A stretch of 64,000 nt of DNA from Albugo candida (lineage: Eukaryota): NCBI GenBank assembly GCA_040437565.1, contig JBDOQK010000050.1, positions 186,001-250,000 on the forward strand. Direction: 5' to 3'. How positions within the stretch are numbered: position 1 is the first letter of the stretch; every line of letters begins with the position of its first letter. This document shows positions 37,146 to 50,443 of this stretch, one piece after another. Both the position numbers and the translations under genes were made by a program. The notes under the pieces were generated by a model that saw only the letters and a program-made list of their open reading frames with translations, did not search any database and was not told where the DNA came from.

Positions 37146-39135
37146 AGGGAGCAGTACTCCAACGTTTCAATTGGGTAATGACACTAACCGACTACTTCTT
37201 TAAATTTTGGACTAGAAATATCATTATTTATTCTCCAAGTGTGAAATCCCTACAACGTGTGTCTTCTTCCAAGTATAGTGAAATCACATACCTGACTGGG
37301 AAGTGTGCAACACCACTACGTGGGACAAAGCGTTAAAGTGGGTTAGTGAAAGGAGCCAAAACCTCGCGTGGGTATTTGACCACGTGGCAATGCTCAGCAG
37401 GTACTTTGCCAAAGAATTACACTCACATGGAGGGAGTTTTTTGAGAGACATCCATTTTTATCGACAGAGAGTTGTCTCTGACACTTTACACTGCAACGTG
37501 AAGGCTGCACGTTGGCTCGTGTACCGCAAGGAGCGTCGCCGATAAACGGACGTGAACATGACTTCACTCAAGGCTATGTGAAAACATTACATGCAGAAGC
37601 CGGCGTCGGATTTATATGTGACGCTATCATTCCATGGTTGAATAAAAGGACGTTGAAGGACTCGATGGATAACATCACTCACGACATGACACTCCATCTT
37701 TAGCGGCATCACGCTAGTGGTGGCTCAGTGGTCGTATGGATCGGATCAAGCATTCTGGATAAGTCACAACTTGTTCGCTGAACGGTGGAGAAGTATTGAA
37801 CAATATGGTGACACAATATCGCGATGACTTTTCCGATTTGTAGAGCTGAGCCACAAAATGAATTCATATGTCCATCACGCAGCCATACCTCTTTGCTGGA
37901 GATGGGGCCAACTCATCTGCTGATCTTGATGTCAACCCAAAATCGTCACCATTCGAAATTTGTGATTGACCATGACCAGACTGGTATACGCCGATGGAAA
38001 GTTGTACGCGAGCGTATCTGATTACAAGAAGCTCATCTCAAACATGGACGGAAATCTTTCATGCCCGCACCAGCATTGCTTGATAGCTTGATGCATCATG
38101 CGGCCTTGCAGTCTATAGAAGCAAGGGAAGCGAAATGCACTTCAAAATCAATTCTGTGGTTTCTGTCATTTTCATCTTCAAGTGGAGTTGGTTATTTACT
38201 TACCGCATGCTGACGCAGTATCTGAAAAGCCTGAAGCTGAGGGTGCTGTGAATCAACCTGTGGGGGTCGTCATCACTCAACGCCGAATGCGAACAAGCAC
38301 CTTTTAGTCCCAGTATGTGTGGAAGCGTTCAAGTCAAAAGAGCACATGTGCCGAAGTTACCATTTCCAAGCTCCAAAGAGATATAGAAACTACAAGCACG
38401 GATTCTCTGCGTCCGCGGGTTTACGGTCCTGAAAGGAGTTGCTCCCTACTGATACGTACGCAGTAGTGCAACTCTAATCCTAGTCCTGGTTGAATGACAA
38501 CGTTTCGTTTTGAGTGGCAGAATCTCGTTTGGAAAACGCTGTGCTTCAAATGCTTGCATTTATTACAAACTAAACACAGTATCGTATTTTGGTGGGCCGA
38601 TGCAAGCGCAATCAAAGTTCCTAACAGCAAACGAAAGCAACCAACTCAGGGCGTCACGAAAATATCGATTCCAGCAACAAACTTTGTACAATCAGATCAT
38701 CCTTTGCACTAGTTCGGTTCAAAGAACCCAACGGCGTACGTCGCTTAGACTCGCACCATCGATGAAGTGCTATTTCTTAACTTCTGTGTGGTTTCGAGAT
38801 GGGTAATGCGGTCAAATGACTTCTAATAAATATATATTTTACTGACTTCGAGAGCTTTTTTGATAACCTTCAAGAATTGGATGAAAGTTGAAGTATGGAG
38901 GTGTCTTAACTGCTCTTTTCGTAATAATTGATTAATCTTTCATGCTGATCTCCTTACCACGTAATGGCTGGGGATGTATCACCTATGCACCATAATCGTA
39001 ACAGGAAGATGTCTTTGACAATCGCGAAAGACAGCAAAATATATAGATCTCAAAACAAACTATATATTTTTCTCTGTCAAGATCGAGTTATTTGAGCAAA
39101 ACAATCCTGCATCACTAAATAGTGACTCGATAACA

Positions 39136-39804
39136 TTATGGGTTCTTGTACCAATCTCGGACAAAGGTCTCATAATCGTTCGCCTTTTCTCTCTTCTCTA
39201 TTACTTTCTTACGTTGTTCCTGTTCCGTAGGGCCTGAAGAGAGAAATACGGGATCAGATGTAGACCGTCGCATATTGACCGTTGAAGGAGCGGTGGATAC
39301 AGTTTTGACGCGAATAAAGTTTTTCTCTCTCATAGGGATATATAGTCGTCGATTCGATGCGATTCTGTCGTCATTTGGAAGGGGAGATAATGCAAGGCCG
39401 TGACGAGTGCTGATTTTTTCGTCTCCGACGTCTCGATCAAGCGGACCTTGTGTCACCCAATTGTGGGGAGGGGGTGCTTCGACTTGGTCAGTTAGTTCGG
39501 TTCGTCCCCCTTGACTTTGATCTTGTGCAGAGTATCCTCTAGAATGGATAGTCGAGACGGGAACACGTGCAGCGACCAATGTGACCACACCTTCATTCTT
39601 TTTGTCGGTTGTCGCATGTTCCAAACGATGAATCACTGTAGCTTGACGAGCTGCGCTCCCTGTATTCGACAGCAAATTCAGACAAGTGCTTCGTGGCATC
39701 CCTCGTTTTGATTTCTGCGCGCAATTCGAGTGAGGTTTGTTCCTGTTCATAGCTACTGCTGAATAGAACAGTAAAGCCGGATACCATAATGTATTCTTTT
39801 TCAT
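39136..39804 (-). CDS. Small secreted protein, tandem family member 3 (222 aa)
   Basis: Leader MKKNTLWYPALLFYSAVA; short shared patches with the other members (SAVA, GSAARQ/DSAASQ, TIHSR/TTHSR, DRDV, RRL). Confidence 0.62.
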   Translation of the reverse strand: MKKNTLWYPALLFYSAVAMNRNKPHSNCAQKSKRGMPRSTCLNLLSNTGSAARQATVIHRLEHATTDKKNEGVVTLVAARVPVSTIHSRGYSAQDQSQGGRTELTDQVEAPPPHNWVTQGPLDRDVGDEKISTRHGLALSPLPNDDRIASNRRLYIPMREKNFIRVKTVSTAPSTVNMRRSTSDPVFLSSGPTEQEQRKKVIEKREKANDYETFVRDWYKNP

Positions 39805-40049
39805 TGCACAGGCGGAGAGGAGGCTAAGATTTATGTGCACGAAATAATTACGCTATTGATCAGGTAAATGACTGGCCACCAAGCACGCAGAGCCTGATGA
39901 TTAAAACACTTGCGTCTTTCGTAGTGTTCTCCTCATCTTCATGCAGTAGGTATTTTGGTCATTCCTATTGCGTTTACTCCGTGTGTACCACCGATTTTGA
40001 ATCGCGAGAATGAAGTGAACACTACCCTTTACTACCGTCCCTGATCATT

Positions 40050-41000
40050 TAACTACGTATGCTTATTTTGTCAAATTGTACTTACCACCTAAATCCAGCG
40101 TATACGTACTTTCGACTACAATTTTATGGNNNNNNNNNNNNNNNNNNNNNNNNNNNNNNNNNNNNNNNNNNNNNNNNNNNNNNNNNNNNNNNNNNNNNNN
40201 NNNNNNNNNNNNNNNNNNNNNNNNNNNNNATTTTGTCAAATTGTACTTACCACCTAAATCCAGCGTATACGTACTTTCGACTACAATTTTATGGAACTAA
40301 TGATAATGGAAATGAAACTTGAATTACACTGTAGAAGCAACAAATCTTTTCTACATGTGCGTGAAATGTACTAAAAAAATAAAAGGAATAATGTCTTCCT
40401 ACCAGCCATGTAATCTCCCAACTAGTAACACTCCCCTTTGATAAGAGGACATTACATCGATGGTAAGGCCACGTATGGCAGAAAAGCTAGACCTCGCATG
40501 CCTCATATGCAAGGATCATAGCCTACGTTATGCGGTCAAGACAGAGCTCGATAGACTTGTCTCCAAAACCATTCAAAAAAGCCGCGTATTCAAGACGTAC
40601 AGCAGCAGAATACCCGAGTCACACCTGAGCAATGTCGGCCTAATATCGAAAAGTGAGCTTTTGCAGATCCTAGTAGACCATTACGCGCATATGCTGCTCC
40701 TCGAGTTTCTCCATATTCGACATGGGGAGCTCAGCTCTGTTAAAATACGGTATACCGGCTAATGTCGACTATCGGTTTTAGTAGATGTGCTTATGTATGC
40801 ACACAGTTGACGCTAGCAGCACGGCATGCTGTCCTTCAATACTACTTCTTGTCAGCAAAGGCGACCCTGGAACCAATTGATGGCAGTCCACGACAACTTC
40901 CTATGGTTCTAGTACATTAGGGGCTGGGATAGGATCGCAGTACGAAAGTGTGGGTTATCGATCCGGCATATTCACGCGCTGGGACAATTGCAGCACCTGT
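40050..41000 (-). mobile_element. Possible degenerate Ty1/Copia LTR retrotransposon 3' relic
   Basis: Minus strand AAAGGGGAGTGTTA (~40425-40439) resembles a PPT joined to an LTR start; upstream stop-riddled frames faintly echo Copia RNase H. Boundaries approximate. Confidence 0.3.
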
Positions 41001-41537
41001 ATTCTTTCTATCACGACTTTTTTGCCACAAGGTATCCCGAGACTGGCTTCATAGTGTAAAAGTTCATCCTTTGGTTCGTGTATAAATGATTGAACGATTC
41101 CAAACTACTCAGTGTCGTAGCGACTCCGAGAAGTTTGATACAACAGCTGATACGACCGTTTTTTAACGCAGTCGTCTGATCGATAGGGAAGATCTCAGTG
41201 CTTTTCCATGTTTAGTGCTGAATGGTACGTCACACATCTCTTTCCTCTAATGTTGTGTTACATTGGATAAAGCATGTGACGTGTTATATAATACTGCTGG
41301 TAGCAGGAATGCGGATTCGTGCAGAAGGACATCCTTCGTCAATATCGATTATTTGATGACGGAGAATTGATGTGCGTCATGACGTCAATTTCGTTATTTC
41401 AATCATAAAAGAGCGCGTAGGAGAAGTGCATATAGATACGACATTATAATTGCAAAGGGATATCAGATTGAATGCATTTTGGGATGCCTTTATCAAGTTA
41501 AGCAAATCATCGTGTGATGAGAAATAACTCCGTTTTC

Positions 41538-42287
41538 TTACACAGCACTGCCAAACCAACTCTCCTCCATCTTACTTATATGAGCGTCTGCTTCTTTCAC
41601 TTCGGCACTTGACGCGGGTAATTCCTTCTTTGATCGCTGCTGGGCGAACTCCTCACCATCGGGTCTCGGGATTTGCGAACTTAAATATGTATGCGGCCTG
41701 CCATTTTGAAAGGCATAAGAATAAACACTTCCAGATAATTTATGCGGCGTATGTTTTGCGCGTACGGGCTTCGATGCGGTTTGCTCCTGGTTTGCTTGAT
41801 GCTTGGTGCGAGACTTATGCTTACCTTTCTGCTTGTGCATTGCCGGAATTTTATTATTTGGTAAATACATTATACCTTCTGCTGGAGAATGTAGACAATA
41901 CGCAGGATGGACTTGACTATTTATATCGCTTCTACTTGCTTCGCTTTGTTCTTGTGAGCAAGACTCTTCTTTTGATGCAGTTCCCGAATAATGTGTAGAG
42001 GACCGTACACCGATGCATTCCCATGTTGGTCTTTGCAATTGGTTCGTGATTGTCTAAAGCCTTTCTTTCTATATTGATAAGAGGTACTCTTTCCCGTACG
42101 AGAATCCCCACTCCGTAATGCCGAATTCAAAGGAAACTTCGTTGGCACTCTTGGCTCTGCTGGCTCGACATGTCCACCTGTATGCTGTTCCGAGGAACTT
42201 CCAGGATGAGCATATACTCCCCCGCCTCTGATTAGAGCAGCACCAGAAGTAGCAGTAGATTTGGAGGTGATACTAGCTCGTCTACAT
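41538..42287 (-). pseudogene. Pseudogenised tandem family member 4
   Basis: ATG TAG at the start, then AATCTACTGCTACTT identical to member 1's leader; GHVEPAEPRVPTK and SSAEVKEAD match member 2 in different frames. Confidence 0.7.
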
Positions 42288-43589
42288 TTTCCGAGCAAAA
42301 ATTCAAGAAGTTCAAGTTGATAGATATGCAAAAAACCAAAAATGATCTCTCAACGTGTGAAAGAGCCAGCCCCGTTAAAATAACTCCACGCCAACCAGCG
42401 AGTTGGATGACTGGCTGCCAGGTACTAATGACTTAATGAGATGAGCTCTTGCGGTCACTGTAGCATGATTCCATCTTTATCAACTTCGAGCGTGAATGAG
42501 CACGAAAATGTTGTGTGGCTACACTATTGGGATAACCTGAAATAGATTTTCTGATTTAACTCGTCGAAGTTCTCATCGTGTCCACAAGTGCTGTAAGCTC
42601 TGCTTAGTAGCAACGCTCTGTTCGGAGCATAGTAGCTCTCTAAAGAACAAACCCATACACTCCGTAACTCGGGCAAAACGCGACATTTGAAACGTTGATC
42701 GTTGCAATGCGATATTTGCCTTTCAACGTATATATACTCTCTCAATCAATAACTTTTTCCTGACGATACAGGAGCAAAGTTTCCTACATGGCAGACTCAC
42801 ATGACCTGAACCCCGTAGAATAAGACTGGAGAGATCCATTATAGATTTGTAGGATGGCTGATCGCTTTGGTTGCTGCGATAGAGACATTTCGAAAATCGG
42901 TGACGGCAAAGAGACTTTTGTTCTGAATATGTGTAGCTTTACTAACCATTACTTTATTATATTCGCAAAATGCTACCAAAAAGAAGATACCAAGTGGTGA
43001 TTTGCTTTACTAACCGTTAAATAGCGTGGATCAGCATATAATTCAATAGAAGCGAAGAAGCTAGACATATTGGAATTCTCTCAAGGAAACAATAGCTGGA
43101 GGTCTTATTTCCATCAAGTTTTGCTAGCAGCTATCGATATGGATGACTAAGCTCATATGGATTCGATTTTAGAAAGTCTCTGATAGATAGATAGTAAGAG
43201 TACACGCAGCCTGGCACTGACATACTTGTATATTGCCAAGTCCTATGCCACCATCACATTAACGGGTGTCCATCCCTGCTACCAGTACAGCTCTACAAAT
43301 TTAGAATCAACTTTATACCACCACATATATAGGAGCTGAAAAGCATGGTTTTGCTCTTCCATCCAGCTACGCACCATTAATCCCATTTACATTCGGATGC
43401 CCAGAGCTAAATCAAGCTCTGCAGCACTTCATAACTGTTGTATATCAATCAGATTCTGAATAGTTACAACAGTACCACCATCCCATGCCGACGTTGACAC
43501 TTCATTAACTAGTTCATTTCTAGTTAATTAAGCGTTCTCCTGTCGAGCCAATCGAGGCGCTCTATTGCGAGCCTTACGGTGCTCGTTCA

Positions 43590-44441
43590 ATGGCTGATTT
43601 GTACGACGAAATCGCGGAAGAAGAAGAATGTTTGTTACCAAAATATCAGCGAAAGTATTGGGACCGTAAGACGTACAAATCTCTCGAAGAGCAACAAAGC
43701 GCAATCAAACAATCCTCGACATTATATATTGGAAATCTGTCCTTTTACACGTCAGAAAATCAATTATGTGAGCTCTTCTCGCGTGTCGGAACGATCAAAC
43801 GCGTTATTATGGGCTTGGATCGGTTCAAGAAGACACCTTGTGGCTTCTGCTTTGTAGAGTACGTCCAGAATCGCTACTTCATCGCCATAAACACGTTTTC
43901 TATGCTTTAGGTATTATTCGCATGCGGAAGCCTTAGCGTGCTCCAACTTTCTGACTGGGACGAAGCTGGACAACCGCGTTATTCGTTGTGAGATGGATGG
44001 AGGATTCACTCAAGGTAGGCAGTTCGGCCGAGGTTTTTCAGGCGGCCAAGTTCGTGACGATCGGCGCTCCAAGGACGAGTACGATCCTGGCCGTGGAGGT
44101 TTCGGAAAAGCTGATTCCGAATCTCAGCCGAATCGAAATTTATTTCGACAGCCGTATAATGCTCGGAAGAGATCGCGAGGAGATTACTTACCTTCAGAAA
44201 AGAACAAACGAGCTTCTGTGTCACCGGATCGGCTCATTCTTGTAAGAACGAAATGGACTGAGAAGAGTTCCACCTGACGATTGTGTCAATTTAGGAGGAA
44301 GAGAATCCGAGATTTCGTGATCGTCCGGAACTGAATGCTGAACCACATGAAGACATGGAGAAGGCGGATGTCGTTATGGCTTCTAATGATGAAGCTAGCC
44401 AGATCAAGCCTGAGCTTGAAGAGTCTGTGAAGATCGAATAG
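43590..44441 (+). CDS. NCBP2: Nuclear cap-binding protein subunit 2 (CBP20), 3 exons
   Basis: [47 protein letters not shown]; introns 43859-43910 and probably 44242-44294 (adds EENPRFRD tail). Confidence 0.95.
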
Positions 44442-44527
44442 CTCAGAAGACAAACAGCTGATCGACATTACAATCTTACAATTTCCGTACTTGTTACAAA
44501 AATACACATGCGATGATACAGCAATTT

Positions 44528-47122
44528 TTAGAGCGATAGTCGGCTCATATCATCAGACACGCGCCATACCGCTTCCATTCCTTGAAACTCTTCCATTTTG
44601 AGGTCGGAAATACGTCCCAAGTCTCCAATTTCGCTTAAGAACACGTCTAAACTACCACGCCCAATAAGACCACTACCCGAATTAGAATTACGCAACCGAC
44701 GTGAGATGGACGATCGAGTTGCGTCAAAGCTTGTACGGGGCCGAACTTTCTTCCAGGCGGGTTCCTTCTCATCAATCAATGCTGTATCCTGAGTGGACGA
44801 GGGAGTCGTCAACAAGGAAGCTTCTGAGGATTCCATATTATGCTTTTCTGACGATCGCGGCATAGGTCCCACAGAACGCTGGATATAGACAGCATCTGCA
44901 TTTGATGGGTGCACAGGAGCATATAAACCGGTTTGGCTGCTGGAAGAGCCTGGAGATGGCTCGCCCAAATCTAAGTGTTGTTTTCGCATTTGTTGTTTCT
45001 TCAAAAATGCTGCGACTGGATTACCACCAAGTGATTGTGGCTTTGGTTGCTGGTGAGACTCTGCTTGTGAGGAGCTTGAGCTCGCTGGAGACATGTACAA
45101 ATTCAATGAAACATTTTCACTCTGCGTGGACGGTGCTCGTGAACTCGGAAGGAACTCGGAAGGAGCAGCTGGATTGGAAAAATCTTGTGCAACTAATGCC
45201 GGCTCGATTGCTCCATCGGGTGAACTTTCAGAGGCACGCTCTATAATGGTATCTACATGCGTGGAACTCACCATATTGACCGCCATCTGACCCTTTTGGT
45301 GTGAATTTAACGAGGAGGATTGTTTGGAATCGGAAGTATAATTCCCATACATTTCGGTGTATCCTGAACGAAGTAATTGTGAAGCCGCTAAGGGACATGA
45401 GCGAGTTACCATCGACGAGTCGTCAAAGCCTTGCGTGTAACCATAATGTGATGAATAGGATGCATGGGATGGAGCTATAAGATTGGATTTATCGGGTATA
45501 TGATGTGCATTGTATTCTTGCTGATGGAAGCTCACTGGGACTCTATGCGAGTGCATCGGAGTAGTGTAGCCATGGTGATTATACACTGGTGAAATCTCGA
45601 CGTTTCTTCCACCGTCGTGTCCTTTTCTTTCCATATCGTGTCTGACTTCTTGTGTAGCGCATATCGCCATTGTGTACTGACTGTTTGGGTACATGTTGCC
45701 ATTTATTGCTTCGTGAGGCGCACATGAGTTGTCCAAAGTCGAGTAGGACCCAGCTGAAGGTAATTTGGGTTGCATCGGATACTGGTGCATATCTGGTCGT
45801 ATGTTATATGCACGTGTAGTGGTTTGAGGAGAAGGCTGAGGTGCGTGATGCGGTGTGATATTTTGTACGCAATAGGGTGGAACCATATCTGTCTTCATAA
45901 GCTCGTTCCCACCATTGTAGCCATACATTCTTGGGCCCAGCGGAATCTGCATTACGTTCATATTTGGTGCAGGATGCTGATACGTATTGCTCATAGAAGT
46001 ATAAAACTGCCCATCTTGATCAGGATGCATTCGAGAAATCACCATTTGTTTCCTCTCTTTCTCTGTGTTTCTCTGACGCGACTCACTGTAGCAACCAGAT
46101 TATTAAACGAAATCAGAGTTTCTCATCAAGCATTTTACCTTCTTTTCACACGACAGAGCGATTTCCATCGGATTTTCACCGCATCTTCTGTCCGGCCTGG
46201 AAGCATGGCAGCAATGGCAGACCACCGATTACCAAGTCGGGCTTGCGTTTCCAGGATTAAACGGTCTTCGTCAGGTGTGTACTCACTATTTGACACAGAG
46301 TTAGATGCAATTTCCCATGCTTGACTGAGATACGCACCCTCTAATAATACTTGGATCCAAGTGATTGTACCATCGTTCGCGACATTGTTTGGATCTATAT
46401 CAGTTCATCCAGATCAATTATAGTGAAGGCAATGCGATGGTCACTTACGTTCTCCCAGGAATCTGAACAGCTACTTGGCCCCAATTTTTCCTCCCTTCTG
46501 CAACTAACTCCCGAAGTAATTGATCTTCGTCCGGCCTCCAATGTCCTTTGATCAGTCCAGGAGCAAGAACTTTTGTCCATCTTTGCAAACACTGGGTATG
46601 ATTCCTCCCCGCAACCTTTTCAGCAATAGCTTTCCAGTTCCTTTCTCCGAATCGAGCGACTGCATTTCGGAGTTGATCGTCCTCTTCATTTGTCCATCGT
46701 TGAGGTATGGCTTTCTCTTTTGTATTAAGCAATTTGCGCACTGCTTTTTGCGATATCGAGGCGTTCGCGTTATCTTGGCTGACGGATTCGATTTCGGTAC
46801 TATCATTTTGAGCTCCATTTCTAATATGCTTGTAAATGCGTTTACTTCCAAGCGAAAGAGCCTTTGCGTCACCCTTTACCGCCAGCTCTTGATACGGAGT
46901 CGGTGTAAAGACCACGTCAGACCGACCTGGAGCTACACCCAGTGGTTTATCTTCTTTCTGCTTTGGTAAAGCGGACGTAGATCGCGAGTTTGCTCCTTCT
47001 GTGAATAATAGCTTTCCAAAGTCGGAGATAGACATCCTTTTCTCGCTATCCAGCGGCAGATTTCCCACCAATGTCGTTATCAGATTGTCATACGACTCGG
47101 TAGAGCTGACGTCGAGACTCAT
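44528..47122 (-). CDS. Three-repeat (R1R2R3) Myb transcription factor, 4 exons
   Basis: RWTNEED..QCLQRW, GHWRPDED..SKQCRERWYNHLDP and GEYTPDED..GNRWSAIAAMLPGRTEDAVKIRW repeats joined by GT-AG introns to the long low-complexity ORF ending 44528. Confidence 0.9.
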
Positions 47123-47488
47123 ACTTCAAATCGTCGAGTGCGATTTCGTAAGAAAAGCGCGCGGGATAAGAAAACAAAATGAAGTGAAGCGAAAAGACGA
47201 ACACGTCAGGCACAATTGTACGATCTTCAGCTTGACAACGTGTAGGCGAAGGCAGCTGCTTGAAGAAAAAGCTATTTTCGGGAGAGCTTTGTGTCAGTAG
47301 AAGTTCGGATGCGTCTTTTTAGCGAATCTAAAATGAGTAGTTGACATGGTCAACCAATCAGAGAATACTAGAAATGACTGTGGCGAGCGTCTGGCAAGTT
47401 ATTTTCTATCAATCACGGACACGCCAGCTGTGATAACGCCTAGCCCGTTCACTAAAGTTACGTGCGAAATATACATCAAATTATGTGA

Positions 47489-48112
<624 letters not shown>

Positions 48113-48136
48113 GTGGATAGGTGCTACGAACCGTGG

Positions 48137-50443
48137 TCATGCACCTTCCTCATCAGACCATACAAAATCGACCACTTTGTCCTCTTCATCAACGTTTGCA
48201 ACTGACTCTTTGAATTCTTTCATGCTCATATTTTTCACTTTTTTGAAAACGAGTTTGTCGGTATCCAATGTATCATCTCCTTTTTCTTCTATCTTGTTCA
48301 CGCTGCTGTCGGTCGTCTGTTCTATCGTATCCTTTGCATTTGATTGCTTGCTATTGTTCACCTGTTTGATCTCTTCTGATACGCGGTCTTGCAGCACTTG
48401 GACGTCGTTAGCAAGCAGCTTTGCTCGCAATTGATCCTTCTCTTGCCGTAGAAACTCTCTACACTCGGTCACATCCTTTGGAGCGAATTCAACGTTGCTT
48501 CGTTTTTCGCGCACCCAAGCTGCCTGCTTTCCAATGGAGTCGCATACACCTTTTGCGAGCGTTTTCCAACGGGCAACTTTACACGTTTGCGCATACTTTT
48601 TCAGAATCATTCCCCAAGGAATCGTCAATTCAGGGAAGCCAATTTCATACTTGTAAATGTCCGCCTCACGATGTAAAAGCTCAAACAATTTCGAGATGAT
48701 CAGATCATGAACTTGTTTGCTCTCCATAGCGGATTTCGAGACTTTTATGCATAGATCCAAATCCACATTGATCGCATTGTTCTTGTCGTTTTTTTTCCCG
48801 GGAGCTTTGGTCCGTGTGATCTTACTGCTTCCAGAGTAGGACGAGTTGTACGGAGACATATCAAGAATTTCTAGAAGGATGGAGCTGGTCGGTACAAATG
48901 TCTCCGAGCTCAGAGCCAACTGTTGCAGCAGTCGAACGCAATGGAATCGCAATGGGGCAAAACGGATGGTTGATGCAAGACGCACAATTGCGTTAATCAA
49001 TTGACACAATGGATAGATCAGCTGCTGCAATTGATTTTCGTCTGGGTATGCCGAAATTACAGCGGTCCAAACTCTCAATTGATTGACGAATTGCCAATTC
49101 AGCACCGCGCGGAATGTCTCTGTGCTTGGTGAGATAACTGTTTTTCGAATAGCAATTGCCAATTGTCGGATGTAGATAAACGCGTGATGGTAAGAGCTGG
49201 CGAGATCAAGACCATACAGTTCCACCACACAATTGCCCATGAGTATTTGATGTGTGAAATTTAGCTCGTTTGTGAATTTTGTGTTTCTCATGTACGTCAG
49301 GTATAAGCCTTTTAAGCAAAGCTCAAGGAATGGAAATGGAATTTGGATCGCTAATTCACGAATACGGACAAAAGCAAGTAGACACAACTGATGATTCTCC
49401 GTGCTCTTGGCCCATATTTTTAGTAGCACTTTGAGTAGACGACGCTGTAATTTATTAGAGGGAACCAAAAACGGGAGGTAATGGACCAGCTGCTGCAAAA
49501 CGAAAGCTTGGATTTGCTGATCACAGGTTTCTTCCAGCAGATAAATTAAACAGTGGAAGAATTTGATTAATATCGGGTGATACTTTTTCCACTTGCGTTC
49601 ATCCAAATTGATCTTTTTCTTCGATACTTCCATCCCTTCTTGTTTTAAATTCTCAGCATTTCCATCGCCATGATTCTTTTGCGGGATGCAAATCAAGTCG
49701 GAGAATACCACGTGTGTCTTTTGTAGGACAGTAAGCATGAGGCGATCATAGACAGCACTACTATCGACTTGATAAACAATGCTGTTTTCCTGATCGCTGT
49801 CTTTGATATCCTTTGAACGACATGTATCACTAAAGACTTTGACGAGTTTTTGCAGTGCTTTGAATGATTTTTCCTCAAAACATTCGTTTTCAATGGCCAG
49901 CAGCTCTTCCATTCCAAAGCTAACAACACCTTTTTCGAATTCGGTTTCGGCCATTTCTTCTTCACTCTCGTCAACGCTTCCCAAGTCTCGATCCTCTTCG
50001 ATTTCATTATTTTTGGATAAACATTTAGATGATTTTGCTTCACCAGACTGCATTGAGATTTTTTCTTCTTCCGGTAGTCCAACAAGGTAACGTTCATCGA
50101 GTTCTTCCTCCATTTCATCGACGTCTGATGTATGACCTCCATCAAAAACTGCTTCCTCGTCGGAATTCTGATCTTTTTCTGAGTCGGATGTCAAAAATCC
50201 TCCGTCCAAAAATTCATCAACGTCCATCTCGTCCATCATATCTGTCTGATTCTTCTCATTTGGCATTTCTCGTGGTACTTTGGCAGCTTTGCTATTCTGA
50301 TTATCTCTTCCTCGAGACTTGAGATTCTCTGATTTGTGGTGTTGGGCATTGCGCTTCCTTTTTCTTTGGTTTTTCTGATCTAGTTTCTCACGCAATTTTC
50401 CTTTCGCGAGAAATTTAATCGCCTTCTTCTTCGCTCCGGCCAT
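48137..50443 (-). CDS. NOC2: Nucleolar complex protein 2 homolog
   Basis: MDVDEFL, YHHAFIYIRQLAI, NWQFVNQL, PLRFHC, IGFPEL, FAPKD motifs; start MAGAKKK at 50443. Confidence 0.92.
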   Translation of the reverse strand: MAGAKKKAIKFLAKGKLREKLDQKNQRKRKRNAQHHKSENLKSRGRDNQNSKAAKVPREMPNEKNQTDMMDEMDVDEFLDGGFLTSDSEKDQNSDEEAVFDGGHTSDVDEMEEELDERYLVGLPEEEKISMQSGEAKSSKCLSKNNEIEEDRDLGSVDESEEEMAETEFEKGVVSFGMEELLAIENECFEEKSFKALQKLVKVFSDTCRSKDIKDSDQENSIVYQVDSSAVYDRLMLTVLQKTHVVFSDLICIPQKNHGDGNAENLKQEGMEVSKKKINLDERKWKKYHPILIKFFHCLIYLLEETCDQQIQAFVLQQLVHYLPFLVPSNKLQRRLLKVLLKIWAKSTENHQLCLLAFVRIRELAIQIPFPFLELCLKGLYLTYMRNTKFTNELNFTHQILMGNCVVELYGLDLASSYHHAFIYIRQLAIAIRKTVISPSTETFRAVLNWQFVNQLRVWTAVISAYPDENQLQQLIYPLCQLINAIVRLASTIRFAPLRFHCVRLLQQLALSSETFVPTSSILLEILDMSPYNSSYSGSSKITRTKAPGKKNDKNNAINVDLDLCIKVSKSAMESKQVHDLIISKLFELLHREADIYKYEIGFPELTIPWGMILKKYAQTCKVARWKTLAKGVCDSIGKQAAWVREKRSNVEFAPKDVTECREFLRQEKDQLRAKLLANDVQVLQDRVSEEIKQVNNSKQSNAKDTIEQTTDSSVNKIEEKGDDTLDTDKLVFKKVKNMSMKEFKESVANVDEEDKVVDFVWSDEEGA

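Noticed and set aside
35176-38806. Scattered 60-100 aa ORFs between secreted family members
   Set aside because: No recognisable motifs or consistent frame; possibly decayed sequence, but nothing assignable.
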